From Eledone cirrhosa (Eukaryota): 64,000 bases of DNA. The stretch's first letter is position 1; each line of letters begins with the position of its first letter. Below the pieces are notes generated by a model. The model searched no databases, was not told where the DNA came from, and was given only the letters and a program-made list of their open reading frames with translations. Both the position numbers and the translations under genes were made by a program. The stretch spans positions 206,522,001-206,586,000 of the forward strand of contig OZ024741.1 of assembly GCA_964016885.1 (NCBI GenBank), written 5' to 3'. Shown here piece by piece: positions 14,522 through 28,009 of the stretch.

Positions 14522-14795
14522 TTAAATATGTACACTTTTTTTCTAGTTCATTTTACACCTAATTCTGCTTAGTTGACTGTATATCTGGTCGATTTATACA
14601 TGCTGCCGAGAAATATTCGATAAATAATCCGTCGTAACTACCGCGAGGGGGCTGCTTTCGGTTATTTGTCGGAGATTTCTTCATAGGAGCCTTTATTCTT
14701 ATAGCTTGATCTAATTGATTTTTATATGGTTAATTATGCTAATTGGGAGAGGAAACGGTATATATTTTATCTGGTGATTCTATAGACATGTTCTA

Positions 14796-14828
<33 letters not shown>

Positions 14829-15445
14829 TGCGGGTGAATTACTATATTTACATATACTCTAGCACCACTATCTTCATCTTAAATATCGTAAACATCGCTG
14901 TCATTGTATGTATAGGAGAAGAGAAGGAAGGCGACACAAACAAGAGATGGAAAGTTTCCTTTCGTCAGCTGCTTACTACGGATCATGGATGTTTCGGCTT
15001 CTTATATACAGAACATCGATCCATAGCGCGCCAAAAAGCCATGAGGGAAGAGAGGGAAAGAAAGAAAAAAGGGAAGAAGAAAAAAACAAAAAAAAACAAG
15101 TAAACATACGGATAGAAGGGGAAACACTGGACAATGGCACATGTAACTGAGTTACCTAAGAGAAAATAGATCAAGTTAAAACAAGCCGTTGGGTTTAAGC
15201 CCGGGGCCATAATAACATAGGAACGTTTAATTCTGTGACTATTCTCAGTAAAGTTAGTGCAGAGAGAGAGAAAGACGCAGAAACCGTAATGGGATAGTGG
15301 GCAGAGGGGGTGAGTAAGAGGGATAGAGAGAGAAGGGGAGGGGAGAAGGGAAAGGGAGTTAATCCAAAAGGGCTAACGACACACGTGCAAACGGGACCGA
15401 AAAACAAGCCAGTGGAGACGGAGAGAGAGAGAGAAAGAAAGAGAG

Positions 15446-15540
<95 letters not shown>

Positions 15541-15634
15541 GAGAGAGAAAGGGAGGGAGTTGATAATTCAGAAACGGAGATATTACAGCCGACTGGATGA
15601 ATCAAAAGAAGGGCGTTCAAGAGGGCAGGTTCTG

Positions 15635-15912
15635 ATGCATTGGAAGCCGCAAACCTGCAAACCTGACCATTACAGTTCAGGAACTAAGCATGAACTTCAA
15701 TGTGAGGTATACCACCATTTATCGTAAATTAAAAAGGCTTGGTAATATGTCAAAGGTTCTGCATGATCTCTCTGCAACCAATCACAAACAACCTGTTGAC
15801 TTTCCTGCATCATTAAGTTCTTGAGAGCTGTAAATGCCTCTTTTGAACAGAGTCAATATTGAAAATGAGAAATGGATACTTGATCATGATGTTAAACGAA
15901 AATGTCGTGGTG
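15635..15912 (+). pseudogene. Tc1/mariner (mariner) transposase fragment
   Basis: TVQELSMNFNV..TTIYRKLKRLG (second HTH) and ENEKWILDHDVKRK, matching the mariner TGDEKWxxYxNxKRK motif. Confidence 0.75.
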
Positions 15913-16244
15913 AAGAGACACATTACACCGTGTAACAAAAGATTGTTTTTCTATGTTCCTGGCTTGTAATCACTTTTTTGTGTTGCTTAGGTCCCAAATA
16001 AATAAAAAAGTGTTATTAAACAGTTAAAAGTTTGGGTTTGTAAAAATTTGACGTTGTATGTAAGTTTAATTTGCTTATGTTAAATGATTTTTTTTATATA
16101 TGTTTCATGTTAAATTAAAATTATAAAATAAAAAGTAATACCTAAAGAAAATTATAAAAGTGCAATAAAGTATAAAATTGTTAAAAAGTGGATTAAAGAG
16201 ATTTATTGATACTGGATTTTCGCACCCTAAATAAAGGGTAAGTT

Positions 16245-17321
16245 GTGTTTTACGCATTCGTCTCCAGGATGAAGCTGTGGAACTTGGTCAAGGATAAGGA
16301 GGAAGTGCAGGTGACAAGTCAGAGAAGTCGACACGAACCTTTCTCAGGCTTTTACACTCTTAGGAATGGCCTCTGCTTCTGCCGTGTCATTCCTGGACTG
16401 TTTGACGTTATTGGGGTGCCGTTTGTGCCCAAGGAGTGGCGGCTATTTATAGACAGCTTCACCACAAGTTTGAAGGCTGTCCTCCTCCACAATGGAAACA
16501 AGTTCCCGACACTGCCCCTAGCTCATTAAGTCTGCCTGAAGGAACATTACTACAGTGTGAAAGTCCTCTTGGAAGCTCTGCAATACAATCAGTACAATTG
16601 GGAAATCATTGGCGACTTCAAGATGGTAGCTTTCCTGTTTGGACTCCAAGGAGGCTTTATCAAATTTCAATGCTTCGTCTGCCTTTGGGACAGTAGAGCC
16701 ACCTCTGGCCACTACAAAAGAAAGAACTGGGAGAAGCGAACAGAATTTGTAGTTGGGACCCGGAACGTCATGTGGGAGCCACTGCACATTAAGTTGGGGT
16801 TGATGAAGCAGTTTTTGAAGGCTCTCAACCAAGAATCAGCCGCTTTTAAGTACCTTCTTGAGTTCTTCCCCAAGTTAACTGAGGTCAAAACCAAAGGTGG
16901 AATTTTTGTTGGACCTCAGATAAAGAAGGTGTTTGAGTCTACCGAGTTCTCCAATAAGCTCAATAGGATTGAGAGAACAGCATGGAACTGTTTCAAGTCA
17001 GTTGTTAAGGGCTTCCTGGGCAACTATAGAGCTGAAAACTACCAGCAACTGGTGCAGGATCTGATAAAGGCTTTTGGCGCCATGAGATGCAGGATGTCGC
17101 TTAAACTCCATATGCTGGACGCTCACCTGGAAAAATTCAAGGACAATATGGGCGCCTACTCAGAAGAACAAGGCGAACGATTCCACCAAGATGTGAAAGA
17201 GATAGAGCGGAGGTACCAGGGCCACTACAATGAAAAAATGATGGGGGACTATATCTGGGGGCTAGTGCGGGAATGCGACCTGGACTACAACCGCAAATCC
17301 AGGAAATCCAGTCATTTCTGA
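16245..17321 (+). pseudogene. Chapaev3 transposase, N-terminally truncated, one in-frame stop at 16527
   Basis: WRLFIDS..SLKAVLLHNGN; GDFKMV..L.GLQGGF.K..CF.CLWDSR; LHIKLGLMKQF; SLKLH.L..HL; SEEQGERFHQD..ERRYQG. The two track ORFs share one frame. Confidence 0.9.
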
Positions 17322-17507
17322 CGTGTATAAGTTGCTTTATAAGTGTTATTTGTTTTTACTTGTTTGCTTTTGATAAGCTTGTGTAATAAAATAAATATAT
17401 ACTCTGTTGATTTAATTATATGAACTGATAAATTAAATGAAAATTTCGAAATATCAAACTCCTGACCACAAATCCAAACTTCTGATTAAATAATAGTGTT
17501 TTTTTAA

Positions 17508-17697
17508 ATAATTGTTTCTACGTTAGGCACAAGGCCAGCAAATACCCAGTGTATTACTGGTACTTTATTTTTATCGACCCCGTAAGGATGAAAGGCAAAG
17601 TTAACCTCGGCGGGATTTGAACTCAGAATGGCAAGGGCCGTAACTCTATGCGTCAAAGCATGGCGTCCGACCCCCTACCAATACTGCCAATCCACCG
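17508..17697 (-). mobile_element. tRNA-derived SINE inserted in the Chapaev3 3' region
   Basis: A box tggcagtattgg, B box gagttcaaatcc, core gcctttcatccttacggggtcgataaa, tail ggccttgtgcctaacgtagaaacaatt. Confidence 0.9.
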
Positions 17698-18229
17698 TGG
17701 GATATAACAAACCATGAAATGACACTTAGAACCGGAGAACAAAAAATATGTTACACGGTGTTATACATTATAACAGACGGAAAAAACGTAGAACAGCATT
17801 AGAAAGACAGTGTGAGAGAAAGAGTGAAAAAGATATTTCATGGACGATAGGAAGCTAGTCAGAAACAAAGTATAAAATGTGAACAATATAGTGAGTGAAA
17901 AATACACTTGTAAATATAATTGCGATTCGATTATTTAATTTTTTTTTATCAATTTGCATAAGAGTTAATAGAATGTTTATATTAACAAATGTGTATTAGA
18001 ATTAATGAATATTTTTTAAAAGATTAAATTATATAATCTATTTATAGAACTAGTGAATTAACGAATTAACGAGTATTGGGGTTGTATTTTCTTTACCAGG
18101 ATTATAGGCATGAAAGTTATTTATCTGGAGATGAGGGAGAGTAAGAGAGGATTTGGGAGATTCATATACATACAGACACAAAAAACATACAAGCAATTAA
18201 GTATGGGTAGTACACGAAAGGCAGCGAAG

Positions 18230-18540
18230 ATGAGTTCCAGCTAGATCTGGTCAAGGAGGAACAAAACCGATCTCCATACGGTTTAAGTACAGAAGAAGTC
18301 TCCGACATCTAAATAGCTAAAGGCGTTAGCAGAACGGCACCAAATATTATGACCTGAATGAAGTTTGGCTCCCTTAGAAAACAAGATGTTAAAAGCCTAA
18401 ACACTTGCAAGAGATGGCCTTATGAAGATCTGCTGCCAAGCTCTCATAAGAGTTTATGTCTACTGACACATGGAGTAAGGTACAAATGACGTTCAAGAAA
18501 GGCTCTAGGAAAGACAAGATCCACATACTCCTAGAGTTAA
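18230..18540 (+). pseudogene. Possible decayed LINE (RTE-like) post-RT fragment
   Basis: IAKG and W.L.KQDVKSLNT-like segments in broken frames. Confidence 0.25.
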
Positions 18541-19069
18541 CTCTACAATTGGTCTATCTATCATGATACAATTTCCGTTGATGAAATATACTCCCAAGAT
18601 TAAGCGAAAGGTTGGGGCGGGGGGTAATGATGTATCTATCGTTACGAACATAATCCTTACGTCCCGAAATTTACAACGAACAACGCACTATGCATTCAGT
18701 ATAATTGGAGATCCTATGTGTCTGTGTCGGGAAATTCTCTACTGTGCGTAGCATAATGATCCTTAGTACGATGACTTGATTGAATGAGCAGTGGCACATT
18801 CCCCTAGCACATAAGACGCAGAGAATCCAAGACCAGGAGTCAAATCCCGCTGCCAAGCATATCTAGGCTGATGATTCAAACGAGGTGTTTATACAGGCTC
18901 TTCGTACCAGATATTGTAAACTTAATTTACAAGGAAGAAAATAAGCAGAAGGAGGAGGTTCAAGATTCCTTTTCAGAGATCGCCTGATATTTTATCTGAC
19001 ACCGAAACATCTGCATGAGGGGTTTCTTCTCTGAAGACATTCTACTTTTGAAGCGTTCCCGAGACTTTC

Positions 19070-19070
19070 T

Positions 19071-19131
<61 letters not shown>
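19070..19131. repeat. (CTA)n microsatellite
   Basis: Direct reading. Confidence 0.95.
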
Positions 19132-19132
<1 letters not shown>

Positions 19133-19821
19133 CTAAAAAAGAACATGATATGTGTGTGTGTCTGCATAATTAAGAATGTGCGTGTATTTTTCTGCGTCTA
19201 CATGTATTTTTTGTGTACATATGTATATCCAGCGTAAAACATGTGGAAATGAAAACGGATATTGGCGTCCATCTTTGCAAGACTTTAGTAATCAAATTAT
19301 TGTTCAGTTTAATTTTCTTTTGCTTTAATCAATCTGTTTTGGGAATCACTCACAAGATTGATTCCTGAATATTCGATGTTTAGAGGTGATTGGAGTGAAT
19401 AGAATTAATTTAACATCTGATTGAGAAAATAACGCTAATGTGCCAATCGCTCTGGTAATAGTGAAATTTGTAGCCCACATCGACTTAGAACATAGACTGA
19501 GAAATTATATGAGTATTAGCTCGTGTGAAAAGGCATTTTTATCTGTCTCTAGGTTTCTTTGTCGTCGAGAATGAAAATGTACAGCGTTTCGAATTGGGGT
19601 CTTCATCAAGGGTTATATGATATATAGGTATATAATGATGGTGTTTGCAAAATAGCTTAACAAATATATATGACTTTGAAACATAGCAACATCAAAATGA
19701 CAAGTGTATACTGGTATATCACGACAGTGTTTAGTATATAACTTAACAAATGTGTATATATATATATATATATACATTTCTTAAATTATATATATATATG
19801 TGTGTGTTTGTGTGTGTGTGT

Positions 19822-19862
<41 letters not shown>

Positions 19863-20461
19863 CGTGCGTGTGTGTGTGTGTGTGCGTGTGTGTGCGTGTG
19901 TGTGTGCGTGTGCGTGCGTGCGTGTGTGTGTGTTTGTGTGTATACATATCGGTATATTAAGTTGTGGTATATTACCATAGTATCCAGAACTTTCCCCCAA
20001 AAATGTATATTCGCATCTTAATAGATACTGTTCGGAAGACGACAGAAAACAAATCTATATTTTATTTTAAACATTTATTTGGAACATAGAATAAGAAAAC
20101 AAATGATTTTTCGAATATTAATTTGATGATTTGAATATAAGGTGACAAAAGACAAATGGATATATTACGCAGATGATGTGTGTAGCTATTAACAAACTGT
20201 TCTGACATAAAGTTATGAATGCGATGAAAAGTTTAAAATTAAATATAAAGACGTTAAAATGGAGGACATAGCGTGGCAGAGTGTTATGTGGTCTCAGCAG
20301 GATTTATAAAAAAAAGTATGAAGATTTCAATTGATGTCGCAATTCATCAAATCGAAATTAATTACAGCTCAGACAGCTACATATGCCAGTGACATTATGA
20401 AATTAAAGATTCTTTGTAATTTTCTTTCAAAGTATTTTCTCTATACATATGAATATATATA

Positions 20462-20700
20462 TCGCCTATATAAATGGCAATTTCTGTCTGTCTGTGTATC
20501 TGTGTATCTGTGTATCTGTGTATATGTGTATAACTATTTGGCGCCTACACCAGTGACTCGGTCATGATGAAACTTTACACACATGTTATTCTGAAACAGG
20601 ACTGGCTAATTGGATTTCAATAAAAATCAATAATGGAACCCTTGGGGACATCTTTACAATGGAGAGGGGAAGAGAAGACGTTTCAGTGAGAGAGGGGGAA
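20462..20700 (+). mobile_element. Non-autonomous Helitron 5' portion
   Basis: ctatataaatggcaatttctgtctgtctgt 5' signature shared with the other Helitrons here; 3' end not found. Confidence 0.5.
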
Positions 20701-21549
20701 GAAGAAATACTACTACTCTATGTTAAACCCACCCTCCCACTACTCCCCTTCTTCCTCCCACAACTCAGTCCTCCAAAATGAGGCAACAACTTGTTTTTTT
20801 GTTCTTCATTCTGTAGAAATAGAGAGAGAGAGAGAGGGGGATAAGAGAGAAAGAGAGGGATGAAAGAGAGAGGATAAGAGAGAGAGCGAGAGAGAGAGAA
20901 AGGAATGTGAGAAAGGGGGAATGGGAGAGAGAGAGAAATAGAAAGAGAACCAAAAAAGAGAGAGGGGGATTAGGGAAGCGAGAGAAAGAAAACAGAAAAA
21001 TGATAGCATTGTTCGATAACTTACTTTTATTTATTTTTTAAACACTTCTTAACTCACCCCTTTCTTAACGTTACTTCTCTTTCTCTCTCTCTTTCACAAA
21101 AGTCGTAATGGGACTCTGTGTGTATGTGAGCGTGTGAGGTGCAAGTGCGTGGGTGTGTGTCGGCGGTCTTAAATTAAAGACATGTGTGTGTGTGTTTATC
21201 ACCGTACTTAAGTTAGAGACACATGTATGTTTGTTTGTAATATATATATATCGTTAACTTTAGAGAGATGAAAAAGTTGAAGAACGTCTACACACACACA
21301 CATATATATACGTGTGAAGACATTCTTCAACCTTACCTCTCTCTAAAGTTAGCGATATATATATATTACAAAGAAACCCTCCTAAAATCTATGTATTTGT
21401 TTTGCAAGGGTTTTGATATGAAATCATGTGTTGAAACACATATTGTTATATTGGGGGGGGGGGGGATGTCATGTTGACCAAAATAATAATAAAACTATTT
21501 CGTTTGGTTTTCACTTCAGTTCAGTATATCTATATATTTTTATAAATAA

Positions 21550-21798
21550 CGAGAAGAATGGCCCGGCGCTGCTCGAGATTCTAAACATAGATTGGCATGT
21601 TTATCCCTCCTTTCTGAAACAGTACGGAGAAGTACGGAATACGTCGGTCTCGGGATGGTGTCTATATTTTGTGCTTATAAAAAGAAATTCGTCGTAGATT
21701 ACCACGGTTTTTTTCAGTGCGAAGAAAATCAATTCTTTATCGCGAAATAAATACTTTTGTTTATATTTTGTTATTCTGTATGCAAAACATCTGTACAC

Positions 21799-21869
<71 letters not shown>

Positions 21870-22324
21870 TAACAGATTAAAGTTTAAGAAAAGAATCGCT
21901 GCTTTCACCCTTAACGGGATCTTCTGAAACGAAAAAAATCAATCTGTGAACGCAGAAGTAAATATTTCGAAAAACGTTACACACTATATATATATATACA
22001 CACTATATATACATATATACACACACACATATAGCGTCATAATGTCGTAATGCAGACAGCCATACATACAGACAGATATTATAAGGGGACAACGTTATAT
22101 CTACGTATCTATCTAAAAAGAAAGACTAAGAATTATAGAGAGGGATCGCTAAATCACCTAATGCTGTCCCTAGGGCATTGAACATTTTAAATGTTTTTTT
22201 GCTCAAAACACTCACAGGACCATAACTATTACATGTGTAAAGTTTGGAAACAATCGGTTGGGTGGTTCTCGAGTTTTAGGGAGTCAGACAGACAGACTGA
22301 CATTCTCTGTATTAGATATATAGA
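21550..22324 (-). mobile_element. Non-autonomous Helitron carrying a nested (TA)n/PLE-like insert
   Basis: 5' TCTATATATC...tctgtctgtctg at 22324; 3' hairpin ctcgagcagcgccggg then degenerate CTCG-T at 21550. Confidence 0.55.
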
Positions 22325-22633
22325 TTTAGTTGGCACCCAAAATCAAAAGACTTTATAGAAACACAATGGGAGGAAATCACTGAAGATGCCACAGAAAAAA
22401 TGTGTGTGACGAAGGAACTTTGAAACATTATATCTATATTTATAAGTTTAACGGTTGGTCAATCAATGATAATCATTGATTGCCAGCTAAATTAACATGA
22501 CCCTACCCAAATATAACAATACCAGGAAAAATCATATTGTCGGATAAATTTGTGCATTATTTTTCCAGTGTTATTTGACTTAGACCTGACCCTAGACAAT
22601 CGATAGGTAGTCCCACAAAACAAAATGTTGTGT

Positions 22634-23231
22634 CATATGAATGTTGAGTATTGCAGCTCTGTCAAAGCAATACTATATATCACAAAATATATCATGAAGG
22701 TAAGTGACATGGCTACCTTTGTTACTGACAAGGAACTTAATTATGGTGGGCTGGTTGAGGTCAAACAATATCAGACTGCTTGATACATCTCCAGCAATGA
22801 ACCTATCTGGCGGATCTTTGGATTTGATATTCACCAACACCATCCAATAGTGGTCAACCTCGCAGTCCGTCTAGAAAATGGACAGAGAGTGTATTTTACT
22901 GAGACCACTGCTCATCAGTTGACACAAGCACCACCTGCTAGAAGTTGCAACCATGTCAGGAAAATTTGCTGGTGACAGTTGTTTTATTCCCACATTACCT
23001 TTGAAGACAACTGATTGGCTATTTGAATTTCAAAGATTTCAATTTCCTATCATGACCATCAATAAATCACAAGGACAATCATTGAAAGTCGTTGGGTTGA
23101 ACCTGGCAGATCCTGTCTTTTAACATGGTCGACTCTATGTTGGTGCAATGGTTGGAAACCCTGATTGTCTCACCATTGTAGCACCACAGGGCAAAACCAA
23201 GAATGTTGTTTATCCAGAGGCTTTGGAATGA
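22634..23231 (+). pseudogene. Helitron Rep-helicase remnant with a large internal deletion
   Basis: HMNVEYCSSVKAILYITKYIMK.SD; YISSNEPIWRIFGFDIH..HP.VVNLAVRLENGQRVYF; then PIF1-type FEFQRFQFP..MTINKSQGQSL.VVGLNL..PVF*HG.LYV and KTKNVVYPEAL. Confidence 0.9.
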
Positions 23232-23744
23232 GCAATATCGTAATTCCCCCTCCAATGACAATAGATACTAATTCCTTATTCATATAGCTTGTAAGGAATT
23301 CTGAACTTACAAATTTACTGCATAGTGTTACTTTGGAAGAACATACAGACATTCCTGGTTACCGCTCCTATGTACCGTAATATAAGTGAGATCCTTTTAT
23401 GGTAGCAAGATCGACCTGTTAGAAATAGCAACCAAATTTCTTTCAAATCCCAGTCTACTGTCTCATATATATATATGTATAAAGCAAAAAGGAAGGGTTG
23501 TATGTGACACCTCGATCTACTAGAAATATTAGCAAAATCCATTTCAAATCACAGCGAACAGTCTTACACACACATACACACACGCGCGCACACACAAATA
23601 TGCATGTGCGTGTATGTACGTATGTCGTGGAAGCCACTATAACTGTTAGTGTACCTAAAAGAAATAGAAAACAAATCTCCGTCAAACAAGATCCTACTGC
23701 CAAAGAGGTAAAAGCTGGTGAACGCTAGTGTAAAAATGTTAATT

Positions 23745-23975
23745 AACCCAGGCTCTGTCGCACTTTGGGCCAAGGATTGTAAACTCTCCAAATATCGGTC
23801 GCTCTCCGACAGGGATGTTGTTGAGCCCATAGCAATGGAGACTTCTGGTGTCCTTGGCTCTAGGGCTACCTCCCAAATCACTACTATCGGCACAGAGTTG
23901 GTTACTCGCAGGGGTAAGCCTCACAAGGCGGAATGGATTTCCAGCGGGTCTCTCTCACCATCCTCTATTACGACC
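23745..23975 (+). pseudogene. CRE-clade non-LTR retrotransposon RLE C-terminal fragment
   Basis: PGSVA..AKDCKLSKYRSL....EPIAMETSGVLG..A...IG.ELV.RRG...AEW, then frameshifted FQRVSL. Confidence 0.7.
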
Positions 23976-24204
23976 GCCGAGGCTGCTGGGCGTACAGCGC
24001 GTGGGCCTCCATTTGCTCATAATAGTGAATGATGGGGAGATCGGGAGAGATGGAGGCAGTGACAGTGATAGTTTGGTTCCTGGTGTATATGTATATATTT
24101 ACCACACATACACATTTAAATAAACTTTCCAGAATCACACAAATGAATAAGTAAATTCTTCATTCATTCATAAACCAATGGTAAATTTACTTTTATTTTT
24201 TTTA

Positions 24205-25139
24205 CTAGCGGTAAAGCCCGGCGTTGCTCGGGGTTGCTCAGTAGCTGTGTTAAAGTTACAATGTTAAGTTCCTTTCTTGGCTTACAAACTGTAGAGTCTA
24301 CAGTGTAGACTTTCGTGTGGTACTTTTGATTAATATTCCCTCAACCGACAGTATGCCTTATGAAGTTAAGAAAACATAATCATAACCCGAATGTTAAAAC
24401 AAAAGAGGATGCTGGGGATAAAAACTGCACTGGTAATCTATTAACAGAAATCGAAAATGTAAACACTACAACACTTGTCTCAGAGAAAAACAGCAGCGTA
24501 ACCAAACTATCAGTTATTTTGAAACAAAGAAATTGGATGGACATGAAAAACAAAAGCAAAAAAAAAATGCGTTATCTGTCTGTCGTTTAAAATCATTGCT
24601 TCTAAATGAAAATCTCATAAGGCTTTATTCGAGATCAATGCTTTTTTTTTACAAAATATTTGCTTGTTTAACGCTGTATTCAAATAGGCTAGTTTTCAAG
24701 TAAAAATATTGTTTCAAAAGACTTTTTAATGGAAATGTAGCAAAATGTAAGCTTAATGTTGAAACTTCGAACTCATCAATTTTTCAGGTTAAAATTTTGC
24801 TGGTCCGGAAACTGTTCGCGTATTTTTGTACTTTTGCACGCGTCGTATATTCATAACGTAAATAGATAGACAGAATGACGCCATAAAAGGGAAATAACTC
24901 GTCTCTCATCTCTATTTATACATTTGAACTGAAAAATCAATACATTACAAATTCGGTTTTTGCACTTGGCGTGGGTCCATTTGAAACTTTTTTTGACCGA
25001 TGTCTCTGCCGGACCATCACCTATAAGTGTAGCAATTTCGCCGAAATATGAACGTATCGTTTAGGAGATGTGTGCCAACCGTTTTAGTAGACAGGCAGAC
25101 AGACAGACAGACAGCCAACCTCAGTTTTATATATATAGA
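24205..25139 (-). mobile_element. Non-autonomous Helitron, both termini present
   Basis: Minus strand 5' TCTATATATATAAAA...(TCTG)n; 3' hairpin cccgagcaacgccggg then CTAG followed by T. Confidence 0.85.
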
Positions 25140-25679
25140 CTAGCAGAAAACCACCCGGTGGGCGGTTTTCTACTAGCAAATCTAGTGTATATACTGATAT
25201 TGTTGAGATTTGGATGATAAATGTTTTCGGCACCACATGTTCACTGTCTCTCGGTGTGTCTTTTATGCATGTATAAATATATATGTTATCTATACGGTGA
25301 AATCTTTGAAATAAATATATGTTAAAACGAAAAAGGAGAAAAAGAGATTAGTGACGGAAATATAAACGTTATGATACATAAACGTTATGATATAACGATG
25401 GAAATATATCTTCAAATGGTCGTTGGCATGGTGTCAAGTCAGAACCGCCTCGAACTGGTTACTTCTGGCTTGTGCAAGGTGTCTCTATAGCAACCAGCGG
25501 CCTCAGTGACCAAAGTCAGTGGAGAGGGGAAGGTAATGTTTCTATAGCGACAGTGTTTCTCTTGGTAGTACCAAAGTGGAGAAAGGAAGGGGAAGGTAAT
25601 ATTTCTGTAGCACCTACATTTGAGTTTTAGGGAAGGACAGCCAGACAGACAGACAAACAGAGAAATGCCCATATATTTC

Positions 25680-25680
<1 letters not shown>
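25140..25680 (-). mobile_element. Second Helitron in tandem with the previous one
   Basis: CTAG at 25140 abuts the neighbour's 5' TC; palindrome ctagcagaaaaccaccc...gggcggttttctactag; (GACA)n 5' signature at 25637-25670. Confidence 0.6.
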
Positions 25681-25710
<30 letters not shown>

Positions 25711-25906
25711 TACACACACAGAAATGTATATATATTTCTGTGTGTATATATATATATATTACACACACAGAAATGTATATATATTTCTTAGAATAAAATT
25801 ATTATTAATGTTTTGCTGTTCATAACAATTGGAATTGAAAAATTACTTTTGAAATTATTAGTTATTTTACTAATGCTTAGATATGTAAAAATGAAGCAAT
25901 GTTTCT

Positions 25907-26099
25907 AATAATTGTTTCTACTTTTGGCACAAGGCCAGCAAATACCCAGTACATTACTGGTACTTTATTTTATCGACCCCATGAGGATGAAAGGCAAAGT
26001 TAACCTCGGCGGTATTTGAACTCGGACAGTAAAGGGACGTAACTCCATGCTATGAAGCATGGTGTCCGACTCTCTACAGATTCTGACAATCCACCGCCC
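25907..26099 (-). mobile_element. tRNA-derived SINE, full length
   Basis: Same family as 17508 and 57498; B box gagttcaaatac. Confidence 0.9.
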
Positions 26100-26732
26100 T
26101 AATGTCTGTACGTAATGAGGAAGTGAGAGGGGAGAGAAAGAAAGGCAGAGGTGAAGTGACGAAGTGACTCTCTCCTCCTCCTCCATCTCCCCATTCGTCA
26201 CAGCGATAGAGGGAAGGAATGTTAGTGTGTTACAAAGAGAAAGAGTGAGAGTGAGAGAAACAGGCAGACTAAAAGAGAGGGATAGCTGAAGAGAGAGAGA
26301 GATAGCAACCACGCGCGCACGTGTTTCCACTGTCGGACAGACAGACAGAGAAATTGCTGGATATATATTATAAGATTTCATTTATGCTTTTTAAAGTTTG
26401 TTTGAATTTTAGAGGTTCTGATTGTGCCCCCCCAAAAAAGAATAAATAAAATCTAAATTTATTTTTTTGGTCATGCCCTTTTCACTGACAACATACCTAA
26501 TGATTCTTCCAAGTGCGAAGCATTATATATGCTGACTGTAATAGGGGGACTGTATTAAAAAAGTCACCAATAGACAAAACTAATAATATTTTTATCTACA
26601 TGATTTGCTTTAAACAAACGGCAATAAATATTCTGCTATAATTCCTACTTCAGCAATCATATTTCAATGGTCAAATATTGTAGCTTTAATAAAATACCCG
26701 GCAATCACCAGGTAGCTCAGCTAGTATATATA

Positions 26733-27011
26733 TAAATGTAATTTTGAGTTTTTTCGAATATTAATCATAATATTTTATTCGTTTGCGATTATGCAAACAG
26801 CCTCACTAAGCCACGGGATTCAGATGGCCTATTTCATCTCTGCTATTTCATCTTGACACAGGAAATATTACCCACAAGCACTAATGTCCACTGTTCTGCT
26901 GTGTCAAAACCAGGAGCAGAGATGATGGAAGTCATCTGAATCACGTAACTTACTGAGGCTGTTTGCTTAACTGCAAAAGAATCGAATATTTAAAACTCAA
27001 AATTTCATTTT
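26733..27011. repeat. Degenerate fold-back / MITE-like inverted repeat
   Basis: aattttgagtttt / aaaactcaaaatt; gcaaacagcctca / tgaggctgtttgc; attcagatg / catctgaat; tcatctctgct / agcagagatga; ttgacacag / ctgtgtcaa. Confidence 0.8.
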
Positions 27012-28009
27012 TTTTATTCAGCCATGCAGAGCGATAAAGCTAATTGTTTCTTTGTCATGGAGGAAGAAAATGTATAGCGTTTCGAAAAGGCCTCCTTCAT
27101 GAAGGTGTTATTGTTTTTTTTACCATAGAGAAACATAAATTTATATGCGTGTGTATTTGCATATATATGGTTAGTAGTGATAAACTTGGGAAAATCAACA
27201 GAGAGGAAAAGAAAATGAACGAAAACAAGACAAAACGGAAAACATTTTTTTAAAGGGGAAACCATAAAAAATTATTTTTTGAAAATAAATTACAAACGAA
27301 TGACACAAAACTCCAGCGTCATCAACCATTGAGATGGACTTTGGCAATTTCGACCCCTACCAACTTATTGCTGGTCCACTCGGGGTATTCGATAATTTTG
27401 ATAGGTTTCGGCCAGTATAGGCCATAGCCATGTCTATCCTAATATGTGTTAGCATAGTACCCATAAAATATGACGAGGTGCTTATTGAAAATATAAATAA
27501 TTCGTTAATTACAAAATTCTATTATGAAGACACTTGAATTCCTGAGTTTTCCTTGAGTATCATAAACTTCTGCTCTCTCCTCCTCTTCCATTATATTCTA
27601 GTCGCTGTGGTCATTGGAATATTCCGTTTTAGATTTATTTAAATCAATTAATTAGTGATACAATAACAACAAAAATAATTATGATAGCTGATTGTTATCA
27701 GCTATCATAATAACAACAGCGCTGTGCATAGATTCATTGATAGATCTATTAAATTATATATATATAGACATCCGGTGGAATTGAGAAACATTGTTTGCTC
27801 ACATTTCTAACTACAAGGTTAGAATCTTCTAAAAGACGGAGTTTGGCGGGTAGAGATGCGTAAGAGTTAACACATTTTTGCAGCATCTGAGGGATGTGGA
27901 GGTTCAATTCCTTGCAGGGGCTACTGTCCACTTTTTCCATCTCCTCGAGTACATTCACGATTCCGACATTCGCAGTCCCGGCTATTCGCAGCATTTTCGT
28001 TAGAATCTA

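Larger units (their letters stand above)
15926..17760 (+). mobile_element. Chapaev3 (CMC superfamily) DNA transposon, internally deleted
   Basis: TIR caccgtgtaaca at 15926 and tgttacacggtg ending 17760; TTA duplicated on both sides; internal transposase. Confidence 0.9.

Noticed and set aside
19550-19615. Minus-strand TTGATGA...CGAAACGC motif, related copy near 27045-27105
   Set aside because: The shared repeat is real, but the core is mutated and no stem I can be formed
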